The position numbers and the translations under genes were made by a program. Below are positions 42,891-52,001 of a DNA stretch of 64,000 bases, piece after piece; position 1 is the stretch's first letter, and every line of letters starts with the position of its first letter. This stretch comes from Acidimicrobiales bacterium (GTDB lineage: Bacteria > Actinomycetota > Acidimicrobiia > Acidimicrobiales > AC-9). The stretch is from positions 1,040-65,039 of the forward strand of contig DATBBR010000074.1 in the NCBI GenBank assembly GCA_036270875.1, written 5' to 3'. A model generated the notes under the pieces. It did no database searches. It saw nothing but the letters and a program-made list of their open reading frames with translations, and had not been told where the DNA came from.

Positions 42891-44249
42891 GTGCGCTTTG
42901 TGATCATCGGGGGTGGCCCGGCGGGCATGCAGGCCGCGACCAACGCCGCCCGCCTCGGGGCAGAGGTGACCCTGGTGGAGCGCGACGTCATGGGTGGCTC
43001 GGCGAACCTGTGGGACTGCATCCCGTCGAAGGCCATGATCGCCACGGGCGGCGTGATCGGCGTGACCCGGCGGGGCCATGCCCTGGGGCTCACCTGCACG
43101 AGCGCAACGCTCGACCTCCCGGCCCTGGCCGAGCGCATCGGGCTCATCAGCGGCTACCTGGAGCGGTCGGTGACCGAGCTGCTCACCAGCCAGGAGGTGC
43201 GCGTCATCCGGGGCCGCGCGACCCTCAAAGGTCCCCACGACGTGGTCGTCGAGACGTCCGACGGCCGCATCCTGGAGTTGGACGCCGACGCCATTCTGCT
43301 GTCGACCGGCAGCCGCCCACGGGTACCTGACTGGGCCGAGGTCGACGGCAGGCGCGTCATGATCACCCGCCAGGCCTATCCGCCGCCCGAGGTGCCCGAG
43401 CACCTCGTCGTCATCGGCTCGGGTGTCACCGGCGTCGAGTTCGTCCACATGTTCCGAGCCTTCGGGTCCAAGGTCAGCCTCATCGTGAGCCGCCAGCAGG
43501 TGCTGCCAGGCAAGGACCCCGAGGTGGCGGCGGCCCTGGAGGCGGACTTCCTCAGCACCGGGGTCATCCTCTACAAGGGGGCGCGGGCCACCGGCGTGAA
43601 GCTGAAGGATGACGGCCTGGTGGTGCAGTGCAACGACGGCCGCGTGGTCGAAGGATCGCACGCGCTGCTCGCCATCGGCCCGGTGCCCAACTCCGAGGGG
43701 CTCGGGCTCGAGGCGGCCGGGGTCGACGTCGACGAGGGCGGCTACGTGCCGGTGAACCAGCACTGCCAGTCGAACGTGGGCCACATCTACGCTGCCGGCG
43801 ACCTCTCGGGCAAGCTGCCGCTGGCCTCGGTGGCGTCCACCCAGGGGCGCAAGGTGGCGGAGCACGTGATGGGCCTCCACACCCGTGAACACCGCCACCT
43901 GGACTACGACAAGGCGGCCAGCGCCATCTTCACCGAGCCCGAGATCGCGGACGTGGGCCTGGCCGAGGCCGATGCCTTCGCCCTGGGCCGCAAGATCAGG
44001 GTGACCAAGGTCCCCTTCGCCGCCAACGCCCGGGCCCTCATCGACGGCGACGCCCGGGGGTTCGTGAAGATCGTCTCCGATCCGGCGACGGGCGTGGTGC
44101 TGGGAGGCTCGATCGTGGGAGAGCGTGCGGCCGAGCTGATCTCGGTGATCGCCCTCGCCGTCACCGCCCACCTGCGGGTCGCCGACATCGGCGAGAGCCT
44201 TCTGGTGCACCCGGCGTTGGCCGAGGCCCTGGCCGAGGCGGCCGAGTAA
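42891..44249 (+). CDS. NAD(P)H:quinone reductase-like flavoprotein disulfide reductase (mycobacterial LpdA-like)
   Basis: GGGPAG, GGSANLWDCIPSK (one Cys only), GSGVTGVE, YAAGD; C-terminal HPALAE. Confidence 0.82.
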   Translation: MRFVIIGGGPAGMQAATNAARLGAEVTLVERDVMGGSANLWDCIPSKAMIATGGVIGVTRRGHALGLTCTSATLDLPALAERIGLISGYLERSVTELLTSQEVRVIRGRATLKGPHDVVVETSDGRILELDADAILLSTGSRPRVPDWAEVDGRRVMITRQAYPPPEVPEHLVVIGSGVTGVEFVHMFRAFGSKVSLIVSRQQVLPGKDPEVAAALEADFLSTGVILYKGARATGVKLKDDGLVVQCNDGRVVEGSHALLAIGPVPNSEGLGLEAAGVDVDEGGYVPVNQHCQSNVGHIYAAGDLSGKLPLASVASTQGRKVAEHVMGLHTREHRHLDYDKAASAIFTEPEIADVGLAEADAFALGRKIRVTKVPFAANARALIDGDARGFVKIVSDPATGVVLGGSIVGERAAELISVIALAVTAHLRVADIGESLLVHPALAEALAEAAE

Positions 44250-44258
44250 GCGCGGAGC

Positions 44259-45440
44259 TCAGCTGGCCGAGCTGGCGAGCTCGGCCCTGAGGTCCTCGTC
44301 GCCGGCCAGGTCCACGATGGTCCAGGCCATCGCCAGCGCCCCGTCGTGCAGTGCCCGGTCGGCGGTCGGCGTGATGGCGGCGGCGGCGAACTCGGGCTGG
44401 TGGTTCACCGCCGGCAGGGAGTCGATGTCGAGCATCGGGTGGATGGACGGCACCGCGAGTGACACGTTGGCCATGTCGGTCGAGGCCAGCATGACCTCCT
44501 TCGGCACCTCGGGGAACGTGCGGCCCAGGGCCTCGGCGTTGGAGCGGTAGCGCGCCTGCATGCCGGCGTGGGGCACGAACTCGGAGTAGCGGGGGCTCTG
44601 CTGGACGAACTCGACCTCGGTCCCCGTGGCCAAAGCGCCTCCCTCGAAGCAGCGTCGCACCCTGGCCTCGAGCGTCTCCAGCGCCTCGAGGGTCTCGGCG
44701 CGCACGTAGTACTTGGCCGACGTGTGCGCGGGGATGACGTTGGGGGCGTCTCCCCCCTTGGTCACGATGCCGTGCACCTGATCGCGGCTCCGGAACTGCT
44801 GACGCAGCAGCCCGATGCTCACCTGGGCGACGGTCAGGGCGTCAGCGGCGTTGATGCCCGCCTCCGGAAACGCCGAGGCGTGTGCCTCCCGTCCCGTGTA
44901 GCGGACGTCGAAGTGCGACACGGCCAAGCACGGCATCTGGATCAGCTCGGCCGGGCCCGGGTGGACCATCATCGCCGCGTCGACGCCTGCAAAGGCGCCC
45001 CGCTCGAGCATGTAGATCTTGCCCCCACCGCCCTCCTCGGCCGGCGTGCCGATCACCTTGAGCGTGATGCCGAGGTCGTCAGCGATGGGCGCCAGGGCAA
45101 CTCCGGCTCCGACCGCCGACGCAGCGATGATGTTGTGCCCGCAGGCGTGGCCGATGCCGGGAAGGGCGTCGTACTCCGCGCACACGGCCACGACCATCGG
45201 TCCTCGGCCGGCGGTGGCGATCAGGGCGGTGGGTAGGTCGCAGGCGCCGCGCTCGACGTCGAAGCCGGCGGACGCGAGCGACTCAGCCACCCAGCCCGCC
45301 GCCCGCTCCTCCTCGAACGCCAACTCGGGATGTCCGTGGATGGTGTGGCTGAGCTCGACGAGGCCAGGGAGGTGGGCGTCCAGCTGGCGCTGCGCGGCGC
45401 CCTTTCGATCCGACGTTGCGTTCTCCCCCCTGGCCGGCAT
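44259..45440 (-). CDS. M20 family amidohydrolase (AmiB-like)
   Basis: HGHPELAFEE, EYDALPGIGHACGHN, GTPAEEGGGGK, MVHP, GREAHAS, STDMANVS. Confidence 0.9.
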   Translation of the reverse strand: MPARGENATSDRKGAAQRQLDAHLPGLVELSHTIHGHPELAFEEERAAGWVAESLASAGFDVERGACDLPTALIATAGRGPMVVAVCAEYDALPGIGHACGHNIIAASAVGAGVALAPIADDLGITLKVIGTPAEEGGGGKIYMLERGAFAGVDAAMMVHPGPAELIQMPCLAVSHFDVRYTGREAHASAFPEAGINAADALTVAQVSIGLLRQQFRSRDQVHGIVTKGGDAPNVIPAHTSAKYYVRAETLEALETLEARVRRCFEGGALATGTEVEFVQQSPRYSEFVPHAGMQARYRSNAEALGRTFPEVPKEVMLASTDMANVSLAVPSIHPMLDIDSLPAVNHQPEFAAAAITPTADRALHDGALAMAWTIVDLAGDEDLRAELASSAS

Positions 45441-45468
45441 GGCGGCCCCCCTTTCGCTCCCTTGGGCC

Positions 45469-47349
45469 CTATTCGATCACGGCGATCACGTCGCCGGGGC
45501 CCACAGCGTCGCCGGCGGCCACCCTGATCTCGCTCACGGTCCCCGCACGGTCCGCGTTGACGTTGTTCTCCATCTTCATGGCTTCGAGCACGCACACCGC
45601 CTGCCCGACGTCGACCTCGTCGCCCTCCTTCACCAGGAGCTTGACGATCGTGCCCTGCATGGGCACGGTGATTGTCCCCGTCCCGGCCCCGCCCGTCGCC
45701 CCGGCCGGCGGCCGGCGTGCCGGCGTCGACCGCGCCGCCCGGGTCACCGACCCGCCGCCTGGGGATGCGGGGGCCACTGCCCCGGCCAGCTCCGGGACCC
45801 ACAGCTTCACCTGGTACCGGTGGCCGTTCACCTCGGCGTCCACCTCCCGCAGCACCCGGCCCTCCCTGTCCTGGGTCGGTGCCGAGCCGGCCGCGGGCGC
45901 AGCCACGCCGGCCTCGGGCGCGGTGTCTCCGGGCGCGGTGTCCCCGGGCGCCGGGGCGACGGCGGCCGCCTCGGGCGGCGCCGGCTGGGGCGCGGCCGCC
46001 ACCCGGGACAGGTCGAGGCTCTCCTCCACCCAGCGGGTCGAGTGGCGGGACGCAGCGAAGTCAGGGTGGGTCAGGATCGCCAGGTGGGCGGGGATGTTGG
46101 TCGCCACGCCGACGATCTCGGTCTCCTCCAGGGCCCGGATCATCCGCCGCCGAGCCGCGCCCCGATCAGGTCCCCACGTCACGACCTTGGCGACGAGGTT
46201 GTCGTAGTACTGGCTCACGGTGTCGCCGTCGCCGTAGCCGGCGTCGGTGCGGACGCCGGGCCCGTCGGCCGGGTGCAGCCGGGTGATCGTTCCCGGCGAG
46301 GGGAGGAAGCGCCCCTGGGCGGGGTCCTCGGCATTGATGCGGCACTCGATGGAGTGGCCTCGGCGCTGCACCTGCTGCTGGGTGAAGCCGAGCGCCTCGC
46401 CCGCGGCCACCTGCAGCTGGAGGGCGACGAGGTCGACGCCGGTCACCATCTCGGTGACCGGGTGCTCGACCTGGAGGCGGGTGTTCATCTCCAAGAAGTA
46501 GAACTCCCGGTCCTGGTAGAGGAACTCGACCGTGCCGGCGTTCACGTAGCCGCAGGCCAGCGCCACCTTGACCGCCGCTTCGCCCATCTCCTGGCGGATG
46601 AAGTCGGGGAAGTCCGGCGCCGGGCTCTCCTCGATCAGCTTCTGGTGCCGGCGCTGGCACGAGCAGTCCCGCTCGCCGAGCCACACCGTCTCGCCACCTG
46701 CGTCGGCGATGATCTGCATCTCGACGTGACGGGGCCAGCTCAGGTAGCGCTCCAGGTAGATCTCCGACCGTCCGAAGTAGGCCTGGGCCTCTCGCTGGGC
46801 GGACTCCATCGCCTCCCGGGCGTCCTCGGCCCGCTCGACGACTTTCATACCTCGCCCGCCGCCGCCGAAGGCGGCCTTGAGGGCCACGGGCCAACCCACC
46901 TCCTCGCCGAAGGCCACGATCTCGTCGAGGTCGGTGACGGGGTGGGACTGACCGGGAACCCCAGCCACCCCGGCCTGCTCCGCCGCCCGCCTGGCGCTGA
47001 TCTTGTCGCCCATCACCTCGATGGCCTCGGGCGGGGGTCCGATGAACGTCACGCCCTGGCCCTCGATGGCCCGCGCGAAGTCGGCGTTCTCCGAGAAGAA
47101 GCCGTAGCCGGGATGGACCCCGTCGGCCCCGCTGCTGGCCACGGCGTCGAGAATGGCCTCGGTGTTCAGGTAGCTCTCGGCCGCGGTCTTGCCGCCCAGG
47201 GCATGGGCCTCGTCGGCTAGCCGGACGTGCAGCGCGTCACGGTCGAGCTCCGAGTACACCGCGACCGTGGCGATCCCCACCTCCCGACAGGTGCGGATGA
47301 CCCGGACGGCGATCTCCCCCCGGTTGGCGATCAGGACCTTGGTGAGCAC
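45469..47349 (-). CDS. Acetyl/propionyl-CoA carboxylase alpha subunit (biotin carboxylase plus BCCP, AccA3-like)
   Basis: IANRGEIA, HPGYGFFSEN, GGGGRGM, RDCSCQRRHQKLIEE, EMNTRLQVEH, biotin site EAMKM. Confidence 0.95.
   Translation of the reverse strand: MLTKVLIANRGEIAVRVIRTCREVGIATVAVYSELDRDALHVRLADEAHALGGKTAAESYLNTEAILDAVASSGADGVHPGYGFFSENADFARAIEGQGVTFIGPPPEAIEVMGDKISARRAAEQAGVAGVPGQSHPVTDLDEIVAFGEEVGWPVALKAAFGGGGRGMKVVERAEDAREAMESAQREAQAYFGRSEIYLERYLSWPRHVEMQIIADAGGETVWLGERDCSCQRRHQKLIEESPAPDFPDFIRQEMGEAAVKVALACGYVNAGTVEFLYQDREFYFLEMNTRLQVEHPVTEMVTGVDLVALQLQVAAGEALGFTQQQVQRRGHSIECRINAEDPAQGRFLPSPGTITRLHPADGPGVRTDAGYGDGDTVSQYYDNLVAKVVTWGPDRGAARRRMIRALEETEIVGVATNIPAHLAILTHPDFAASRHSTRWVEESLDLSRVAAAPQPAPPEAAAVAPAPGDTAPGDTAPEAGVAAPAAGSAPTQDREGRVLREVDAEVNGHRYQVKLWVPELAGAVAPASPGGGSVTRAARSTPARRPPAGATGGAGTGTITVPMQGTIVKLLVKEGDEVDVGQAVCVLEAMKMENNVNADRAGTVSEIRVAAGDAVGPGDVIAVIE
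45916..45951. repeat. 15-bp tandem repeat in the carboxylase linker (APGDT-APGDT-AP)
   Basis: gggcgcggtgtctcc gggcgcggtgtcccc gggcgc. Confidence 0.75.
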
Positions 47350-47365
47350 GGGTTACCTTTCGACG

Positions 47366-47395
47366 CCGTCAACCTATGGGCCATCAACCTATGGT
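47366..47395. repeat. 15-bp tandem direct repeat in the divergent carboxylase/birA promoter region
   Basis: ccgtcaacctatggg ccatcaacctatggt; identical 11-bp core tcaacctatgg. Confidence 0.8.
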
Positions 47396-47402
47396 TAGTT
47401 CG

Positions 47403-48182
47403 ATGCTCGACGGTGGCGCCAGATCGCAGCTGGCCTCCACCCGGTTCGGCGATGTCCGTTGGTTACCCTCGACCGGCTCGACCAACCGCCATCTCCTCGA
47501 GCAGGCCCGGGCCGATGCCCCCGAGGGGACGGTCGTCGTGGCCGACCACCAGGACTCGGGACGGGGTCGTCTCGATCGGGCCTGGGTGGCCCCGCCCGGC
47601 TCCTCACTGCTCGTCTCGGTGCTGCTGCGACCCGAGCTGCCCCTCGAGCGCCTGCACCTGCTGACCTCGATCATGGCGCTCGCCGCCGCCGACGCCTGCC
47701 GGGGCGAGGCCGGTGTCGAGGCCGGCCTCAAGTGGCCCAACGACCTCGTCGTCGGGCCCCGCAAGCTGGGCGGCATCCTGGCCGAGACCCACCTCGACGG
47801 TTCCCGGGCCCGGGCCGTGGTCGTCGGCCTCGGGCTCAACGTCAACTGGGGGCGGCGGATGGAGGAGTGCGGGCTGGCGGGCGAGGCGGTCGCCCTGGAT
47901 CAGCTGGCCGGCTGCGAGGTGGACCGCGCCCGGTTGCTCGTGGCCCTGCTGACCGAACTGGAGCACCGCTACCGGGCCCTGGCCGATCGGGCCGGGCAGC
48001 TGAGCCAGGCCGCGGAGTACCGGCGCCGGTGCACCAGCGTCGGCCGGACCGTGCGCGTCGAGCTGGCCGACGAGACGTTCACCGGGGTCGTGGCCGATGT
48101 GACCGACGAGGGACACCTGCTGCTGGACGTCGGCGTGTGCCTGCGGACTGTGACCGTCGGCGACGTGGTTCACCTCCGCTGA
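47403..48182 (+). CDS. birA: Biotin-[acetyl-CoA-carboxylase] ligase without N-terminal HTH
   Basis: STGSTN, DHQDSGRGRLDRAW, LKWPND, KLGGILAE, GLGLNV, VGDVVHLR. Confidence 0.93.
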   Translation: MLDGGARSQLASTRFGDVRWLPSTGSTNRHLLEQARADAPEGTVVVADHQDSGRGRLDRAWVAPPGSSLLVSVLLRPELPLERLHLLTSIMALAAADACRGEAGVEAGLKWPNDLVVGPRKLGGILAETHLDGSRARAVVVGLGLNVNWGRRMEECGLAGEAVALDQLAGCEVDRARLLVALLTELEHRYRALADRAGQLSQAAEYRRRCTSVGRTVRVELADETFTGVVADVTDEGHLLLDVGVCLRTVTVGDVVHLR

Positions 48183-48191
48183 ACGGCCGGC

Positions 48192-48230
48192 GGCGGGGCT
48201 GGCGTCCCCGCCCGGGGCGGCGAAGCCGCC
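48192..48230 (+). terminator. Two adjacent GC hairpins after birA
   Basis: ggcgggg-ctggcgt-ccccgcc and ggcggc-gaa-gccgcc. Confidence 0.35.
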
Positions 48231-48244
48231 GGCAAACTAGGGCG

Positions 48245-49402
48245 ATGGACTTCGAGCTGTCGGAAGAGCAAGAGGCCTTCCGCAAGGTCGTGCGGGAATT
48301 CGCCGAGGCCGAGATCGCTCCGCACACCGAGGAGTGGGACCGCACCCACCACTTTCCGGTCGACACCGTGCTGGCCATGGGGGAGCTCGGCCTGTTCGGG
48401 CTGCCGTTCCCCGTCGAGTACGGCGGATCGGGGGCCGACTTCACGACCTTCTGCCTCGCCGTGGAGGAGCTCGGCCGGATCGACTCGTCGATGGCGATCA
48501 CGCTCTCGGCTGGGGTCGGCCTCGGGGCCAACCCGATCTTCGCCTTCGGGACCGAAGAGCAGCGCCGCCGCTGGCTGCCGCCGCTGTGCGCGGGCCGGGC
48601 CCTGGCCGCCTTCGGGTTGACCGAGCCGGATGCCGGCAGCGACGCCGGCGCCACCCGCACGAGGGGGCGCTTCGACAGCTCGAGCGGGGAGTGGGTCATC
48701 GACGGGGCCAAGGCCTTCATCACCAACTCCGGCACCCCGATCACCTCGCTGATCACCGTCACGGCCCGCACCGAGTCGGAGGCACGCCAGGGGATCAGCG
48801 CCATCGTCGTGCCGGCGGGAACGCCGGGGCTCTTGGTCGAGCCGCCCTACCGCAAGATGGGCTGGCACGCCTCCGACACCCACGGCCTGGTCCTCGAGGG
48901 CTGCCGCGTGCCGTCAGACCACCTGCTCGGGGGACAAGGCCAGGGCCTGGCCCAGTTCCTCGCCATCCTCGACGGCGGGCGCATCGCCATCGCCGCGCTG
49001 GCCGTGGGCCTGGCCCAGGCGTGCCTCGAGCAGTCGCTAGCCCACGCCCGCGGCCGAGAGTCGTTCGGCGGTCCCATCGGGCGCCATCAGGCCATCGCCT
49101 TCAAGATCGCCGACATGGCCGTTGCCGTCGAGTGCGCCCGAACCCTCACCTACAAGGCGGCCTGGCTCAAAGACCACGGGCGTCCGGTGAAGCAGGCGGC
49201 GGCCATGGCCAAGCTCTACGCCACCGAGGCGGCGGTCGCGGCCACCAGGGAGGCCACCCAGATCTTCGGGGGGGCCGGCTTCCTCGACGAGTCGCCCGTG
49301 GCCCGCTACTACCGCGACGCCAAGATCCTCGAGATCGGCGAGGGCACGAGCGAGGTCCAGCGCCTCGTCATCGGGCGCAGCCTGGGGTTGCCCGTCGCCT
49401 GA
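48245..49402 (+). CDS. Acyl-CoA dehydrogenase (short/branched-chain type)
   Basis: FGLTEPDAGSDAG, GAKAFITNSG, KMGWHASDT, GRIAIAA, FGGAGF, EIGEGTSEVQR. Confidence 0.93.
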   Translation: MDFELSEEQEAFRKVVREFAEAEIAPHTEEWDRTHHFPVDTVLAMGELGLFGLPFPVEYGGSGADFTTFCLAVEELGRIDSSMAITLSAGVGLGANPIFAFGTEEQRRRWLPPLCAGRALAAFGLTEPDAGSDAGATRTRGRFDSSSGEWVIDGAKAFITNSGTPITSLITVTARTESEARQGISAIVVPAGTPGLLVEPPYRKMGWHASDTHGLVLEGCRVPSDHLLGGQGQGLAQFLAILDGGRIAIAALAVGLAQACLEQSLAHARGRESFGGPIGRHQAIAFKIADMAVAVECARTLTYKAAWLKDHGRPVKQAAAMAKLYATEAAVAATREATQIFGGAGFLDESPVARYYRDAKILEIGEGTSEVQRLVIGRSLGLPVA

Positions 49403-49420
49403 CCGGCGTGCTGACCAGCG

Positions 49421-50929
49421 ATGTCGCAGCTCGGCCTCGCCCTTCGAGGGGGCGCTTCAGTGCCCGGTCTGGCCGCTGGTACCCTACTTTTCGCTGTGGC
49501 CACCGGAGGCGACACGATCGCTCCCGAGCGCCCGGCCACCCGGCCTCGACACATCCGTCCTCGCCGGTGGCCTCGGCGCGTGCTCATCGGCGGCAACCTC
49601 GTGGTGGCCGCCATCGTCCTCGCGACCGGGCTCGGATATCTCTACGTCAAGCTCCGCCTGGGGGAGATCAGCTCGGTCAACATCCCCGGCCTGACTGCGG
49701 CCACCGGGACCACCAACATTCTCATCGTCGGCTCCGACTCGCGGGCGAACCTCACCGACCCCAACGCCCAGAGCGCCTTCGGCGGCTCCGCCGCCACTGC
49801 CGGTCAGCGCAGCGACGTCACCATAGTGCTCCACATCGACCCCGCCTCGAAGAAGGCGTCGGTGCTCTCCATCCCCCGCGACCTGTACGTGCCCATCGCG
49901 GGCACGAACCGCTCAGACCGCATCAACTCGAGCTTCGGCAACGGTCCCCAGCAGCTCATCCAGACCATCCAGAGCGACCTCGGAGTCCCGATCAACCACT
50001 ACGTGTCGATGAACTTCGACGGCTTCCAGGGCCTGGTCAACGCGGTTGGCGGGATCGACGTGAACTTCCCCGACCCCGCCAAGGACGCCTTCTCGGGGCT
50101 CAACATCACCAAGACCGGGTGCCAGCACCTCGACGGGGCGGCGGCCCTGTCCCTGGCCCGCAGCCGGGACTACCAGTACTTCGCGGACGGGTCTTGGCAT
50201 TTCGACGGCAACGGCGACCTGAGCCGCATCCGCCGCCAGCACACCTTCATCCACATTCTCACGGCCAAGGCGTTCTCCACCGGGATCCGCAATCCCATCA
50301 CCGCCAACTCGCTGATCAGCTCGGCCGTCCACGACGTGACCATCGACAACAAGCTGTCGACGAACGACATCCTCGGACTCGCCATGCGGTTCCGGTCGCT
50401 CAGCACGAACGACCTGGTCACTTACACCCTGCCCACCACCCCCGCAGTGATCGGCGGCGCCGACGTGCTCCGCCTGCAGCAGCCGGGGGGCACCCAGGTC
50501 GTCAACCAGTTCCTCGGCAAGGGCCAGCCTCCTGCGTCGAGCACTCCAGCGCCGCCCGCGCTGGCTCCGTCGAGCGTCAAGGTGCAGGTCCTGAACGGCT
50601 CGGGAACCGCCGGGCAGGCCGCCCAAGCGGCGGGTCAGCTGCGCTCGGCTGGCTTCGTGGTCGCCGGCACGGGGAATGACGCCGGCACGCGCATGGCGAC
50701 CTCGGAGGTGCTCTACGCGCCGGGCAAGCAGCAGGCTGCCCAGCTCCTGCAAGGGCGGGTCGGCGGGGGTGCCAGCATCCAGCAGGACCCGGCCCTCCAG
50801 GGCGCCGACGTCGCCCTGGTGACCGGGACCTCCTTCTCGGGCATCACCCAGGCGGCGGCTCCTGCCCCCGCGGCGCCACCGGCCCCTGCCCCCCCAGTGC
50901 TGCCGCCGTTCGATCCCCGCGCCTGCTGA
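49421..50929 (+). CDS. LytR-CpsA-Psr (LCP) glycopolymer transferase with C-terminal LytR_C domain (start uncertain)
   Basis: TM helix, NILIVGSDSR, QRSDV, LSIPRDLYV, RINS, ARSR, DLSRIRRQ; C-terminal VQVLNGSG. Confidence 0.9.
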   Translation: MSQLGLALRGGASVPGLAAGTLLFAVATGGDTIAPERPATRPRHIRPRRWPRRVLIGGNLVVAAIVLATGLGYLYVKLRLGEISSVNIPGLTAATGTTNILIVGSDSRANLTDPNAQSAFGGSAATAGQRSDVTIVLHIDPASKKASVLSIPRDLYVPIAGTNRSDRINSSFGNGPQQLIQTIQSDLGVPINHYVSMNFDGFQGLVNAVGGIDVNFPDPAKDAFSGLNITKTGCQHLDGAAALSLARSRDYQYFADGSWHFDGNGDLSRIRRQHTFIHILTAKAFSTGIRNPITANSLISSAVHDVTIDNKLSTNDILGLAMRFRSLSTNDLVTYTLPTTPAVIGGADVLRLQQPGGTQVVNQFLGKGQPPASSTPAPPALAPSSVKVQVLNGSGTAGQAAQAAGQLRSAGFVVAGTGNDAGTRMATSEVLYAPGKQQAAQLLQGRVGGGASIQQDPALQGADVALVTGTSFSGITQAAAPAPAAPPAPAPPVLPPFDPRAC

Positions 50930-51002
50930 CCCCGGTGGGACCGCCCGTCCCGGCCCCCGCGCAACAGGCCAACCGGAGGCGGGCGCCGTAGTGTTCGGTC
51001 CG

Positions 51003-52001
51003 ATGTCCGTCCTGATCACCGGTGGAGCCGGCTTCATCGGATCCAACTTCGTTCGCCACCGCGTGGCGAGCCATTCCGACGAGCGCGTGGTCGTGTACGA
51101 CGCGCTGACCTACGCGGGAAACCGGGCCAGCCTGGCCGACCTGGAGGAGCGCATCTCCTTCGTGCACGGCGACATCTGCGACCAGGCCCGGGTCGAGCAG
51201 GTGCTCGCCGAGCATGACATCGAGCTCGTCGTCAACTTCGCAGCCGAGTCGCACAACAGCCTGGCCGTGGTCGACCCGGGCAGGTTCTTTCGCACCAACG
51301 TGCTCGGCACCCAGGCCCTGCTCGAAGCGAGCCGGCGGGCCGGCCTGCCTCGGTTCCATCACGTGTCGACCTGCGAGGTCTACGGCGACCTGGCCCTCGA
51401 CAGCACCGACCAGTTCACCGAGGAGTCCCCCTACCGGCCCCGAACCCCGTACAACGCGTCGAAGGCGGGCGCCGATCACGCCGTGCGCGCCTACGCCGAG
51501 ACCTATGGGCTGGCGGTCACGATCACCAACTGCTGCAACAACTACGGTCCGTACCAGTTCCCGGAGAAGGTCGTCCCGCTGTTCGCCACCAATGCCATCG
51601 ATGGCAGCCCCCTCCCGCTGTACGCCTCGACCCTGCACCGGCGCGAGTGGCTGCACGTCGACGACCACTGCCGCGCCATCGACGCCGTGCTCGCGCGGGG
51701 CGAGGTGGGCGAGACCTACCACGTGGGATCGGGCCGGGAGGCCAGCATCGAGGAGCTGGCCGACCACATCCTGGCCGCCCTGGGCCAGCCGACCTCGCTC
51801 AAGAAGGTCGTGCCCGATCGTCCCGGCCACGACCGTCGCTACCTCCTCGACTCCTCCAAGATCCGGGCCCGGCTGGGCTGGGAGCCGCTCACCTCCTTCG
51901 AGCAGGGCCTGGCCGACACCGTGGCGTGGTACGCGGCCAACCGGGCGTGGTGGGAGCCGCTGCGCGACCGGGCTCCGGTGGAGGAGACGGCGTGGGCGTG
52001 A
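51003..52001 (+). CDS. rfbB: dTDP-glucose 4,6-dehydratase
   Basis: TGGAGFIGSNF, DALTYAGN, FAAESH, STCEVYG, PYNASKAG, NNYGPYQFPEK, DRPGHDRRY. Confidence 0.95.
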   Translation: MSVLITGGAGFIGSNFVRHRVASHSDERVVVYDALTYAGNRASLADLEERISFVHGDICDQARVEQVLAEHDIELVVNFAAESHNSLAVVDPGRFFRTNVLGTQALLEASRRAGLPRFHHVSTCEVYGDLALDSTDQFTEESPYRPRTPYNASKAGADHAVRAYAETYGLAVTITNCCNNYGPYQFPEKVVPLFATNAIDGSPLPLYASTLHRREWLHVDDHCRAIDAVLARGEVGETYHVGSGREASIEELADHILAALGQPTSLKKVVPDRPGHDRRYLLDSSKIRARLGWEPLTSFEQGLADTVAWYAANRAWWEPLRDRAPVEETAWA

